Source: Tubiluchus corallicola (taxonomy: Eukaryota; Animalia; Priapulida). From it: a stretch of DNA of 64,000 nucleotides. Numbering within the stretch: the first letter of the stretch is position 1; every line of letters begins with the position of its first letter. Below the pieces are notes generated by a model. It was not told where the DNA came from, searched no databases, and saw only the letters and a program-made list of their open reading frames with translations. The stretch covers positions 1,860,001-1,924,000 of the forward strand of contig JAQGDQ010000002.1 in assembly GCA_030141605.1 (NCBI GenBank), written 5' to 3'. Below, piece after piece: positions 50,901 through 64,000 of the stretch. The position numbers and the translations under genes were made by a program.

Positions 50901-53139
50901 TGGGGTACATATAACACAGGCATCAAATGATTTGATTTTCTCAATTTGTTGCGCATATAGATGCCTGCTTTAAAAGTTTTTTGCTTTGCTTAGCTCCAAA
51001 ATATTCGAATTTTAGTGAAATTTGAGAACAATTTCTGTATAAAAAATTTAGGTGCCCTTTGATCTTATATTCAGTATTTTCCACACCCACATAGTCCCAA
51101 AAAACAACTATTATCTTACTGTGAATCTGGTTATTCTGATCTAACCTCATTCCTAGTTTTGTACAACAGAAGACTAGAAGCGCCATCTAAAGGATCTATA
51201 CGTGTAGGCACAGTGTCTTCGAAATTGCAGCTAACTTGTTTTCACTTGTTTTGAAGCTCGAATATCAGAGTTTTACCTGTTACGCTATCTGTTTTCCAGA
51301 AAACAAACATATCATTTAAAAAAGCTGACATGTTTGGCACGTGGAATGTGTACATTAAGTGACACACCACGTATCATGCATACCTCTCCCGGTTTATTTG
51401 TTATCAGATGGCTTCGAAGCGTTGCAAAAATTCGACTGCAAATTCTAAAGCTAATCCGCATTTGCATGTTTCCTACTCTTATTTAGACCTTGTTTATTTA
51501 CTCTTAGCCATTTTGACCTGGTATAAACCCGCAATTAGTCGAAGGTCGTTCTAAAAAAGGCCGTGATTCAAAAGTATGCTATCCAGTGAGTGACAGGTTT
51601 ATGAAATATTACCAGCTTACTGGTAGTTACTTGGCGGCAATAGTGGGACTCCCTATCCTGTCTGGAATTTCAGGTATTCAGGTTATTTAGACCTTGCTTT
51701 TTCTGTTCTACCGCGGAATTCACTTTATCTACTGGCTTCCAACATTCTAACGGCGTGATTCACGTTATGGCACCTGCTATCAAAGTGGGCCTAACTGTTT
51801 AAAGGACAAGAAAAGGGTGCCTGAAGCAGGATTCAGAAAAATCGCCTTAAAAATATATTACTTTACAGTACTTTTATGCATATATCGTACTCGCGATAAA
51901 AGAAGTTCTTGTTTGTTTTCATTGTAAATCTCTCACAATGCTGTTCCGAAGTCGCCATTATATGACGTCACTTACGCAAACGTAAATCAGGGGAAGAAAA
52001 GGCAATGTTAAATTATGTCCCAAAAACCTTCCATGCAAATCTATATTACTTAGCAAATAACAATTTAAAATGTTCGTGCCAATTGGTAAAATATTGTTGG
52101 CTCACCCTCCACGGCCAAAGAAAAAACTTGATCTCAAAGTTCGTTTCTTACGTAGGCCTAATAAATGTTTAAGTAAGATAAGATTTTCTATAAATACATG
52201 TAATACAAACGGTTTTCCCCTTCTCACTTAGTCAGCTTAAAGAACATTCGTAGAAAATGGGCTTCCCCATTTTCTAATTATCAAATAAACAAAACATTCA
52301 TACAGTAAGTGTCATGAACTGATAATAGGTGAAACTTTTTAAATCATTAAGTCTTAGTAAATGCGTTTGTGAAAGAATGCCAAGTTAGATTCTTATACTA
52401 ACGTTCCTGCTTGCGTTGCTAGAGTAACAGGTACCGAATTCATGGGTAATGAAAGGGCTGAATACTTGTACTTGGCAGTGCCCCTAAAAATTTGTCCACG
52501 TTGTATTTTAGCTTTTAACTTTTTAACCTTGGCGCCCTTGCGTTATAAAACACCGTAAAGTTTCTTTTGGATTTCAATGCTATAATTAATTAGACTTTTT
52601 GTTAATAGTCAATTTTACAGATCACTGCACAGTTTTACAGAGTTCGCATTAACACACAACAGTAATCTAGTTTATTTTCCAGCCAATAATGAGATTGAAA
52701 TCGCATCATTTATACGTGTAACTTACAATTACCGCTCCGAGGATAATCTTCGATGCTAATGATGCTTGAAAAGTTTTGTAAGGATGAAACTGACATATTT
52801 ATTCTGGTTAAAATATTATATTATAATGAGATGTGGTATTTAATGTGTTGGGAATTCTTTTCAGGTGTCCACGTGGAGCCTCTGAATATGGATGGAGATG
52901 CTGCTCAACTTCGACTGGACGGCCCTTCCAGACCAATTGCCCACTGTCCACCTTGGAGGAGAAATGGTTCCACACTGCCAGATTTGGTACACTGCTCTAC
53001 CACCGACGCACCTCCGTCCAGTGAGGCAGCGCAGAGATGGTCAAGAGAAGAGCAGCAGAGAACGTACTCAGAAATTGCTCAGATCCTTCGTGCGGCCGGA
53101 GACAGTTTGGACCGATCTCACAGCGTTCCAAACCTTATG
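38175..53139 (+). CDS. Putative Bim/Bmf-like BH3-only pro-apoptotic protein (partial; 3' exon not located)
   Basis: Exon 38175-38925 (phase-1 donor G|GTAAG) joins in frame across a ~13.9-kb intron to exon 52865-53139 (TTTCAG| ... ATG|GTAAGT), giving 342 aa. The protein is S/T/P-rich and disordered, with RRRSS, DSGFQS, DSGSDS, CRSIGTQTS and the BH3 motif EIAQILRAAGDSLD. Confidence 0.75.
45100..45152. repeat. (GATA)n-type microsatellite
   Basis: Direct reading. Confidence 0.85.
48945..48991. repeat. (GAC/GAT)n microsatellite
   Basis: Direct reading. Confidence 0.85.
52865..53139 (+). CDS. BH3-only candidate, BH3-encoding exon
   Basis: GC-rich exon inside ORF 52753..53163; IAQILRAAGDSL (53074-53109) fits the h1-x3-L-x3-GD-x-h4 pattern. 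Confidence 0.85.
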
Positions 53140-54119
53140 GTAAGTGTTGTTAGTTTTGAATGATTCTTGTATTGACCACGCTTTACCACTCAGTGTGGTT
53201 ACCATTGCCAAATCAGTGGTATTCTGACCTAATGTTCTAAACACGCACCACTTTTTGGCTTAATAAGTCCACTTTTCAGAACCCAAATTTCCTGAGCTCA
53301 GAGTTAGCATTCTGGATCTGAAATTCATTGCGTTGAATTAGAAGACTGGGAATAAAATTGCACCGCATTTTGGGATCCAATGTTTCATCTTCTCAAATTT
53401 ATAACTCTGCTATTGTATCAGCAGCCACTACTTTGCAACTTTATCTTTTACGCAGGAGCAGTGACGCATGCGCATCACTCTATACGCACGCATGCCCCTG
53501 TGATACATCAGGCACCCATTTCTAACAATAACGAGTGAAGATTTTTGAGTTTCACCCTCTTACGGCTTAATATCTATGTAAATAGCTCCTAACTTGTTTG
53601 ACAATCAATGGGCTAATGTAAATGTGGTTGAAAATTTGTTTGCGAATATAGTCATATCCATTTACATGCAGATCATATTGCTTTTCTTGACTGTTTGAAG
53701 ATGGAAATCTGAATAGATGTTTGAGCCGCTATATTTGCAAACTATTACAACAATTATTTGAATCAGTCCAGAGCACACTGCAAGAGCAATATATAATTTT
53801 TATGTTCACATTTGTTTGCGAGATCGCTATAATCTTTGTAGTATTTACATTTCTTTCCTTGCTTTCAAAATATATGCGCAGTACACGTCTTGAGTTGGTT
53901 ATAATCCCGTTCTTTCCTGTGTTAACAATTCAGAGGCTTCTGAGCGGACTTATCGTAGCTTTTAAAGCATCCAGGAAGAATTTATTTCTCCTACAAACAA
54001 TCTTTTCACTAATCTTTTATTATTTCTTCAATTTATCTCCACAACTTATCGCAACTGCAACGCAACACCGCTAAATTTTACAAATCTAAAGTCACAAAAA
54101 TGTTGCTACATTGTATTTT

Positions 54120-54186
54120 TCTTGGAGGGGGCTGCGACAAACTTAAGTGCCGCCCCGGGCACCACAAGCTCTAACTACGCCACCGT
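54120..54186 (-). mobile_element. Probable hAT-like MITE terminus
   Basis: The minus strand begins CGGTGGCGTAGTTAG...TGCCCGGGGCGG, similar to the common CAGTGGCGTAGCTAG ends of animal non-autonomous hAT elements; the partner end was not confirmed. Confidence 0.35.
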
Positions 54187-55489
54187 CGCCACATAAAGGT
54201 TTTTTCTGTATTTTGTAATTTAGTGGTAAACACTCTTTTGTTTTAAACCTTTCTTTCTTATCCGTTATGCTGGTTCCTCGCCTTCTTGAGTTTTCTTACC
54301 TGTTTTTTCCCATCCTGTCCTCCTCTTGTCGTTCTAACTACTATTTCTTTTTATTCTATTTCTTTTTTCACCCACCTTTTTCCTTTTGTACATTTTCCTC
54401 TATTTTTTTCTTTGTCTCCGCCCTCGTTCTCCTCTTTCATTTTCTCCTCTTCTTGCTTTGGTAATTATTCTTGTATTGCCTTCCCTCTTTCTTTCCCTCC
54501 CTTTTTTACCTTGCATTTCTTTCTTTTCTGTTTCACCCCTCTTCTTCCCCACCTTCTCCTGCTCTCTTCTTTTTTCTGTTCTACTGTCTGTGTACGCTTG
54601 CTTTCGGTCGTCTTTTACATTGATAGCAGTGTAAAAGCTGCACACATAACATTTTTATATTCCATTTAATTACCTATGAAGTCTAGACGTTTGCATAAAA
54701 GTGAGTCGTTGCAAATACCTTCCTTCCCGCTGCCCTGGGCAAAAAAAATCGCCGAAAATTAATGTTTTAGACCGCTGAATTAGGCGCGTCAATTCACCAG
54801 ATTTACCTCCTAATGATACCTAGAGATTTATATGCAGTTAAGCGGGTGTTAGGCTGATTATTGGCTGGCATTAGGGGTTAGAGAGTATCGGAGCAGAAAG
54901 CGATTAAGGAGGATTGTTATCATGGTTAACACTGCCTCGGGGTTTTAGAAAAGTGATTTGTTGTAAAGTCTGGGGCAGTTCTAGACTTTTTAGGCTGTGG
55001 CGAATCAGTTTGCCTTGACTTTATATCACCGGTAGGTCATGGCGCCAATTGGAACATGCTGCAGACCCATGAACTGTTTTTTACGTTTTCTAAAACACGT
55101 ACTTTTACTTCTACTTCGTCGAATTAATGTGGCACTGATTAAAGTGCAGCGACAAATTTCATTCTCTGTCATTGAAGGGTTAAGCCGGGTTTATACTTAT
55201 TCGCTGCGACGTTGCGCTTCGCACGCGCACACTTTATTATGACACAAGTGTAGCGGCACGTCACGCGGGCGGCCAGAAACTGGTTTTCAGCTAGAGCGCG
55301 ACTACACAAACATATAAAGTGACAGTATTACAACCATCGTTTGCTTAGTGAAAGTCACGAGAGTTTATCCGATAAAGAGTTAAAAGGGAAAGTGACGCAA
55401 TCGCGTTAAAATTTTCCAAGTGTACACAGATTGGGCATTATACTAACTGTAAATTTGCAAATGCGATGCAGAACCCTTGCTAGTTTAAG

Positions 55490-55503
55490 ATATTATTATT
55501 ATT

Positions 55504-55560
<57 letters not shown>

Positions 55561-55577
55561 GCTGTTGTTGTTGTTGT
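55490..55577. repeat. (TAT)n(TGT)n compound microsatellite
   Basis: Direct reading; it explains the poly-Cys ORF. Confidence 0.95.
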
Positions 55578-58500
55578 ATGTATTTGAAAAAAATATGTGC
55601 AGTAATCATTTTAAGCAGTGAGAGCATATTACTTGAATTCTTTGAAGAGAGTCACCGAATTCACAGACATAAAACCGCCCAGCAACTAAACAAGATTAAT
55701 AATGCCCTTTAAAGTCCTTCTCTGCCTTACTGTTCTAATAAATGTGAGTGATAGGTATCTCCACAGTCGTAAGTGCTGGTCACTGTTAACTTTTTTAGTA
55801 TACTATTACAGTATTTTAAAACATGGCACTACAGGCAAAAAAGAGTAAATACTACATATCCGACAATGCTTTTTATTGTTACGCGGACAGATTAGGCCTG
55901 GATAAGTACTATCGGATAGGACTTACACGAATAGGTTGAAAAACTGGTTCTTTCTCAGCTTGAAACCATTATGCGTGTTGACACACAAAAAACTGCATGC
56001 TCATATATCTGGTAATTGAAATCAGTTTTTGTATATTGATGTCTTTTACTAATTTTTTCCTTCTAAAAAGCAAATCTGTTAAGGAAATAATCTTCAAATT
56101 ACACCAGAATTGAAGAAAACCGAACCGTGGGAAACTGAGCCGCTAGGACATTACGGTCACGTGATCGGCTGCTCTATTGTCATCACGTGATAGGTTCTCC
56201 TGCCGTCGTCTGCTTTGTGTCGAGCATGGCAGTATTTTTCAAGATTAATCATCGTCAAACAAATCCCAAGTGGTCCGGCTATTATTACAGACACATTCTA
56301 GTTTAACCTTGACGAGTAGTCCTGGTGATGCAGCTAACAGGTGTTTAACCAAAGGTGCGTTTACCTGCTCCGAATCAACGAACACCTGGTTGCACAATGT
56401 GTACCTGTTAAAACTTGATTCTGCATATGATTAAAAAATAAACAGTGCGATATTCTGCAAACATTGAGGAAAACGTGAGTAAATAAGAGCCGGGTAGTGA
56501 CAAATATTATGTGCTTTCAGCATTTAATGTGATAAACTGTGTGTTTAAAGACAATTTAAAACAAGATTAAACGGTTAAAGCAAATGCTACATAAGTTGGG
56601 CCCTGGGTCCCAGTCTGTCAAATCACTTAATGAGTCACCATGCTAATAAATATAAATGTATAAATTTCCTTTACTTAATGTTTAAAGTTTTTGTATGCAC
56701 CACAGAACCGTATGATATTAGGGCCTACTAACGATTGTGATCGTTTGTCAGGTGTAGGCGATTTGACCGATAAACCGCAATTTGCTCAACATAAGTCACG
56801 AGCGTGTCTATTCCTTACAAAAACTTAACAACTTAATTCATACTAACAGAACCGATTTTGATCCATCAACGGCAATCCCGTAAAATATTGCTTACTTATT
56901 TGAACCAGTTAGCTAATAGGTATTACTTTTTGATAACTTATTTGATATAACCCTGATTATACCGCTCGTAAGTTTTTTTGCGGGAAGGTCGTGTTATCGC
57001 ACTGCAACTATTTATCTATGTATAAACGTTAAGGTTTTTTAAGAAGTCATTATTTTATTAGAAGACCCAATATTTTGCAAATTGAGGAAGATCATTTTGC
57101 AATAAAACGCAAGCAAGTTCTTCTTCAATGCGCGCAAATTTGCCTAATTGGATTACAAAATTGCCTGGCGGCCATTTTAATCGCGCCAAGATTTGAATCC
57201 ACGTGCGGAATAATGACAGCAAATCAACGAAGGATAAGCGTCCTCATGGCACTCTCAAGTGCTGAGAAATCGAGAATCCCTTCCCTGTACAACGCTATCT
57301 CTGAAATGGGATACATTTTTCCATCACTTGTTGAAGAAGTTCTTATTGTACATATACTTGTCCTGTCAGGACTGATATTAGAGAGACTATGAATCACACC
57401 GCACGCTGGTAGCGACCCTTTATTGCCCACATATGTAATTTTATTCCCCTCCTTTTATTCGCCCATTTCGATAAAATGTTTGACGTTTTGAGATGAAATG
57501 AATTCGTCAAATGTCCCCGCAATTAAGCCGCTTCGTTTATTTCAGCACTGCAGGTCACATGTAGGACCATAGTTAAAGGGTGTAGTCAAAGTTAAAATCT
57601 ACTATGTCTGCTGCGCAAACACTTTGAAAGAATGAGAAGACTTACAAGTGATTATTGTGTGAACATATAAGTTTCACTGCTGTTATCAATCTTTCTCAGC
57701 ACCTGAATTTATCGTTGGGCACCCAACGATTCGCGTTTTGGATTCGCCACCATGCACAAAAGAGCAATCTTATCTGACGTTTTAGTAGATCCAGATGAAA
57801 TCTGAGGCCCATGTATGGCTCTTAATGCCAATTATGTCGAACACTGACGTTTGTTTTTTCCATATTTATGAAGCGTCTGAGACGAGCATAAAGTGCTATC
57901 TCGTGTCAAAATGAGCATCTTACCGGAATAATGGTTTCATATCCACTTCCGGTAAACCTCCTGCCGAGATTTACCGGAACGTGCGCTTTGACTTCTGTGT
58001 CTTTCCCGAGCCAAGCAGGCGAAATTTAATTGGTTTCATTTAAAGCAATAACCCGTTTGTAAAAGGTTTGCTGCCGCAAGTTTTACCTTTTTTCCGGGTT
58101 AAGCTCAGAGTTTTTACGTCATTTCCGAGCCTATACCAGTTTACGCAGGCAGAAAATACTTTATCGGCTCTGAACTTTTTAATCGGAATCTAATGTGAAC
58201 AGTCACTCAGCCATAAAGGTCACTATCGTAGTGGACTTTTCGTGACTTCTCCCAAATGTTGTGGCAGTAGATCTATGTAGTCAGGATCCGCAAAACCCAA
58301 AGCAAAGTTTTTATTTCATGTGAGTGTGTTTTAATGACAGAGATAAAATAAGTCCACATACCCGGGGTAGTGTAAACGAGACGGTACATACAGCTTAAGT
58401 CAATAAAAGTGCGAAACAGAGTAAGAAAATCCAGGACGTGTCTCGTATCTTCTCCGTAACGTAAAATGGGAAAATGTAACTTGCTAAAGATGCATAATAT

Positions 58501-61500
58501 ATGGACCAAAATAATAGGATGAGCGGTCCTACAACAAGCTTTTAACTTTTAACGGTAGTAAGTTGAAGGGAAACCGCTTCTTTAATTTTTTCATTACTCT
58601 TATCGTCCGATGGAGTTTAGACATCTTTAAGGCTAATAAGGCACTGTGCGTGGGCGTAGTTACCTGTTGCACATATTTTAAATTGTTCTGTTAATACCTG
58701 TGCATCTGAAACCTAATATTAACTTTATTGCAGAGTCTTCGATTTATTTCACCTACGTAGTTGTGCATCACGATGTTGAAACCTTTTTAGTACAAACATT
58801 ATTATAGGTCTATGGGAATCAAACCAGAAGGATTTAACGCTATAATTATATGTAAGCCACAAATCAAACCTTATCTTTTAATAATCTGATACACGCTGAA
58901 CCTCTAATTCTCGAAGCACAGTAGGTGCATTATTGAGTGTTTCCTTTCCTCTGAAGGGTCGCATAAATTTGCTCCACTGTTTAATTTCACTTCATAAACA
59001 TGTTTAGTTACGCCATTACAAGTGCTCTTATCAATGGGAAATCTGCGTAATTAGGCATTTCTGGCTTATAAAGAAAGAAATGAGGGATTGATTTGACATC
59101 AGTTAGCTAAATTATTCAGATGAGTGTTTATTTCGCTGGAAGTGACATCATAATTGACTTGAATTGAATACTTTAATTCTTTGGCGCATAATTTTCTTTA
59201 ATAGCTCATGTCGATATGGCCACTGAACCGGAAAATTTGCGTAAAACTTTTTAGCGCATCGAAAGTGCAGTTCAGTTTTTTTGGATCATAAATTGTAATA
59301 CTGTACATCGAAATGAACGAGTAATTCAGCAAGCATAATCATTTTGTGTGTAAATTAAAAGCGTCATGAAGTTAACATAATATGCATGCGTGTATTTGTA
59401 TTTTTTGGGATTAATCAACCAATTTTTTCATCTAAACTGATTATATATGTATCGGAAATGTATATAATATACATGTATGTGTGATTTCTTATCTTATCTT
59501 ACACACACGTATATATATATATATATATATATTATGTTATATTATTTATTTACACACAAGAGTACAAAAAAGTAAAATAGCACACAAAAAGCACAAAATA
59601 GCATATGCACAGAAGAGAACAGTGGGGCTTCACTATTGTATGAAATGCCAACTGCACAGCAAGCTGTCTGCTAGCCCACACTGAAGAAGGTAATAGCGGA
59701 ACATAAATAATCATTAAAAACAAGTTAAAATGTACATAAATCAGGTATAAAATAGTCTTAAAAACAGATATAAAACTTAGTCTTGTATTGTGTTTATCAC
59801 AAACAAGTAAAGCAAATAATGGTTATGCTGTGTGTACAATTAATTATCACTAATTTTCATTTTTATTGCTCATGCGCCATGTGCAGGGTCATGCAGCTAA
59901 TTGTTGAAGGACATTTTTTTGGTCACGAGTCACTCTGAATTTTATATTAAAAACTGACTCGTTTAAAAATCCACTTATGAAGGCACAACTGTTTAAAAGT
60001 AAACTAATATTAACCTCTCAGGACTGTGTTTGTTATGGATGAACTCTTTGTCACTTTATCGCAGTATAATATACGAAAATTTCTGGATGATTATAGTCAT
60101 TTTGCTATTATTTATCCATTACCATAACCGCTTTTTCGCACCGCGTTTGGCTTTCCTTCTTTGAAAATTTCCTCCCATACCTATCATTATCCGTTGTGTG
60201 TAAGTGCCAGTGATGCTGAAGCACTTGATAGGTGAGCTATACCTGTCTGAAGCATGATGATTTGACTTTCATTATCTTTTAATAATCACTCTAGCTCTTT
60301 CAAGGCTATTTTATGATATACTCTTGTCCGTGCTGTCATTAAAAGTCAATTTAGCAGCAGAATCTGTCGGCTAACCTGCCCAAAGCACGTGTAAGTAATT
60401 TGTGACCATATCCCAGGTGTTAATAAAAATTTTTATTTGTGCACGTAGTCTCTATAGATGCAGTTATATTGCACAGGTATATAATTTTTACTGGTAGGAT
60501 ATTGAACTAATGCACCTGTTATTCTCTGCTGGCTTGCAGTAATTGTCGAAATTAATCAAGTAATGATGCCAGCGAAAAAGATTCAGTATAATGGGAATTT
60601 GAAAGCTCCAAGTGCTAAAAGGCTTTGAGATTGATTTACTGGGCGTTGTAACTAATGCGTGTTTTAATAAATGGTTTTTGTCAAATCGAGAGTAAAAATC
60701 AGTCTACTAAAACACTTGTCTGTCTTCTTGGTTTCCTATGGGTAGAAATAGTTGACTATTTTTTGTAACTGCAAGAACTTTCTAATATCTGACTTGGTTC
60801 ATCAGTCTACAACACTGCTGGTGGGGGAACTGGAGGCAGATATAAACCAGATAAGGGAGCTGGAAAGCAAACTTATATAACTTTACCTTGTAGTGCTCAT
60901 GTATAACATGTGTACGTATGAACAACTTTTTTTATTTTTTATTGCAGACAAATTGCTTTATTTACCTTTACTATTGTCAAGCGTAAATAATAAGCTGTTC
61001 AAAAATCAAGATCGTCGCTAAAATCACTGTGAAATTACGTGTAATTTTGCAGAACAAAAATTACCGAGGACAGTTCACCTGGCGATTACAGATGACAAAC
61101 GAAATTAAATATCTATTTTCATTTTTTTCGTTATCGGCGCATCAATTGACCATGTTTAATCATAATTTTGTAAAAGAGCTTTTGTGACTCTGTCGACCAC
61201 TTGTTGAATGTTGGGGTTACAGAACTTTAAGTTAAAATATTAGAATGTCACTAAACTGTTTGGAAAGAGAGGAAAGGAAAAAGAGAAAAAAAGTGGTAAC
61301 AAATTACGTATGAAGTTTGTTTGAAAGCTATCAATAGAAAATTGCCTTAAATGTGCTGATTGAGCATTGCTCTTTGCTTTATCTGCGCACTGAGTCCAGG
61401 GTTTAAAAGGGAGACTTGCTCTTGTTTTTATTATAAAGTATAACTTTTACACAAATTTATTCACTTTTGCGGTGCATAAAGCCATTCTGCTGCTCCCTGA

Positions 61501-64000
61501 ATGACCGCATCATTTTATACCCGTGCATGACGTCACTGTTAGTCACACCGATGGCGAGTTTTTATTGGTTTCTGGGGAAGCAGATGTGTCTGTTCCCTTG
61601 ACCTGCTCCCTATTCATGCGTCACGTTTTATGTTGTTTTCACAATGTTGACTTTACAACAGTGATGTTTGTGATTATATAACCAAACTTGACAGATCGTT
61701 CGCTAATGTCATCAGTGCCTGAGGGGAAACACCTTTTTATTCCCATATCAGACAGGAAACTATAAGTATAATGCAAGAAGACTGAGTAGTATATTGTTAA
61801 TGAAGATCTTTCGAAACAACCACTTAGTTTGTCAATTAACAAGAGAAAATTAGTAATACATCGCTGCATTTTTTGCTGTGCACCTGATGCTTGAAACACG
61901 TAATTACTTTGGATCTCAAATGCTTGTTTTGTTAATTTTAAGCTACTTGTTTAATTAGACAGTTTAATTAACGAACATTGCAAATAGGCTGACATGAATC
62001 TCATTAGGTTGCATTTTAATGAGCAGTAAGCATACGGTTAATTAGTATGCTAATTAAACACTAAATGTTTTCATGTACGACTTGGTGGAGTATATGTCAA
62101 ATATCAGCAGATGCTTTTAATAAGCTGTATGTAATAATACAGACTAGTTTTTTTTTCAAATCATTAATACACATTGCACAAATGCTGTAAACAAAAAAAT
62201 TGTGTATTAAAACACAGTATGGCTTAAGTGTGATTAAATTAAAAACCTTAGCACTATTAGCGCTGTAGTACTTAGACTGAAAATCGTGTTGAGAACAAAT
62301 GAGCTTGTAATATGTATGTGCTTTCTGTAATTTGATTGCTAACTGTTTTGGGAACACATGAACCAACTGACTCGCTCATAAGCAACGCCTTCTTTCCGTT
62401 ATTTTTCAGGTTTGCTTAGCAAACAGATACACACACCAGCGCATTAAAGTTTCATTACCAGCGGAACTGTCGCTTTCAGTTGTTCAACTTTTTCTGCCCT
62501 CTAGCTAAGAACTTTCACTGGCCCCGCTAATTTGGAGTAATTTCATTCTCGCGTTCATCACTATTCGACAATTTAGAAACAGCCACCGTCGACAGGAGGG
62601 TCTTAATAATTGATTTTTAATGTGATGACTGCATTTTATGAAGTGTTGGCCGCGTGCGGGTACCCTGTCCTCATTAATTACTCATTGCGTAATATTTTGT
62701 CGTGTTTTCTTTGCTTTGCATTGGTATCCAAGCGTCTCACGCGATCTTCATGTATTATTGTGCAATGAGCATCTGCCAAAATCATGCGTCTAGTGCAACA
62801 TGCATTCGTCCAAATAGCTGTAAACAAGCACAGTATATAAAGTTTTTCAGTTTGACATCGTTAAAGAATTCCTTTAAAAAGCAGTAAAATTCCTTCAGAC
62901 CTAGCGTAAAATAAGTGATATGTGCAACAACTTGTGGCTATTAGTATGCGCTGTAGGTGCTTAATTTTGTATGTAATTTACATCCATTCAATTGCTGACA
63001 CATTTTTTTCTATGACATGGATTCGCCCAAGGATTTTCATACACGCACGTGTGTTACATGTATCTGAACAGTATGGCCAGCCCAGAAGCAGAATACCACC
63101 GCAAAGTTACACTATTTTGTCATCGCTATTTTTAGAAACCGCTGAGTCGCTTCGATCGTGAGAAAGAAGCCAGTTTTGAAATTTCGAATGTTTGCATGTT
63201 GCTTGCTTGGCTGGTTACAATGAGTTTTTATTAAGCGTTTATTTGCGGGCGCTCGACTATTTGCCAGTGATGCAATGTTTAAAGACGTTGTAAAATAATA
63301 TTTAAATTCATTAGATTTGTGTACATGGTCTGTATTGAACAAATTGTATAATTTATAAACATAATAAATGAGTCTGAAATATTTATTAACCTCGTGCAGC
63401 TTTAGAAACAGTGACGTTTGAAACCTTGAAGTTATAAAGAATAGTTTCCCTACATTTGAATTATAAATCTTACTAACCATATGCACGTGCCACTAATTAT
63501 GGTCGCCAAATAACAGGACATACATAGTACTCAAAAAAGTCAACACAGAATAATTGTGTTTTGATACTATGGTGGAGAGCTAACTAAAATCTCCTTAATA
63601 AGGGCTATTACTATCATTATAATTATTTATTATGTGTACATGTAATATTAAGTAAGCAGTAAACAGCACCAGCAAACTAGCAGACAATGCAGGAAAACAA
63701 GTAGGTGGCAAACCTATACATGGACTGAAGTCACAAGAGTTAAGAGTAATCACAATCTAGGATGCAATAGCTATTCAAATTCTCTTCATCTATACACTGC
63801 ATCATTAGTGTAGATAATTATTAGGTATTTACTTTAGATTTAAGGGTCATTGTCACAGACGTCACTACTAACATTGTATTCGTCCCCGTGAAGGCCAGAC
63901 AAAATTAATTACATCAGTTCACCTTTATGATCGATTTTTCGTTGAACTGTCATTCCACCTGGCTTCCTTACCTGAACCGCCGTCTAATGAAACCAGTCAG

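Noticed and set aside
54267-54669. Hydrophobic F/L/S-rich and R/E/K-rich ORFs
   Set aside because: Low-complexity polypyrimidine tract, open in several frames by composition.
55431-55712. Poly-Cys ORF
   Set aside because: Translation of the (TGT)n microsatellite.
57075-57430. 105-aa and 68-aa overlapping ORFs
   Set aside because: No motif, no consistent splice sites, and no compositional contrast like that of the real exons.
53456-62508. Candidate terminal exons for the BH3-only gene (acceptors at ~53455, ~58733, ~60947, ~62410)
   Set aside because: Each gives only a short, unconvincing peptide without a clear membrane anchor; none can be chosen without transcript data.

Overview
AT-rich genomic DNA from an invertebrate animal, with short GT-AG introns; the species cannot be determined from the sequence. 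From left to right: (1) ~50-8800 has no credible protein-coding gene but carries a dense run of imperfect 55-110 nt stem-loops that use G-U pairs on the + strand. This is a candidate large novel microRNA-like cluster, interrupted by DNA-transposon remnants and a (CT)n repeat, and followed by possible spliced non-coding exons (9152-~10930). (2) A complete ALDH6A1/MMSDH gene on the - strand (CDS 21057->11827). (3) A stack of retroelements, including a near-intact CR1/L2-group LINE ORF2, sitting between the divergent starts of ALDH6A1 and (4) a complete 6-exon LIN52 gene on the + strand (26451-32418). This is the same head-to-head pair seen in human. (5) A large + strand gene with coding exons 38175-38925 and 52865-53139 that encodes a disordered protein with DSGxxS degrons, a TQT dynein-light-chain motif and a BH3 motif, i.e. 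a Bim/Bmf-like BH3-only protein; its last exon was not identified. All exon boundaries and base pairings were read by eye; no database search or folding program was run.
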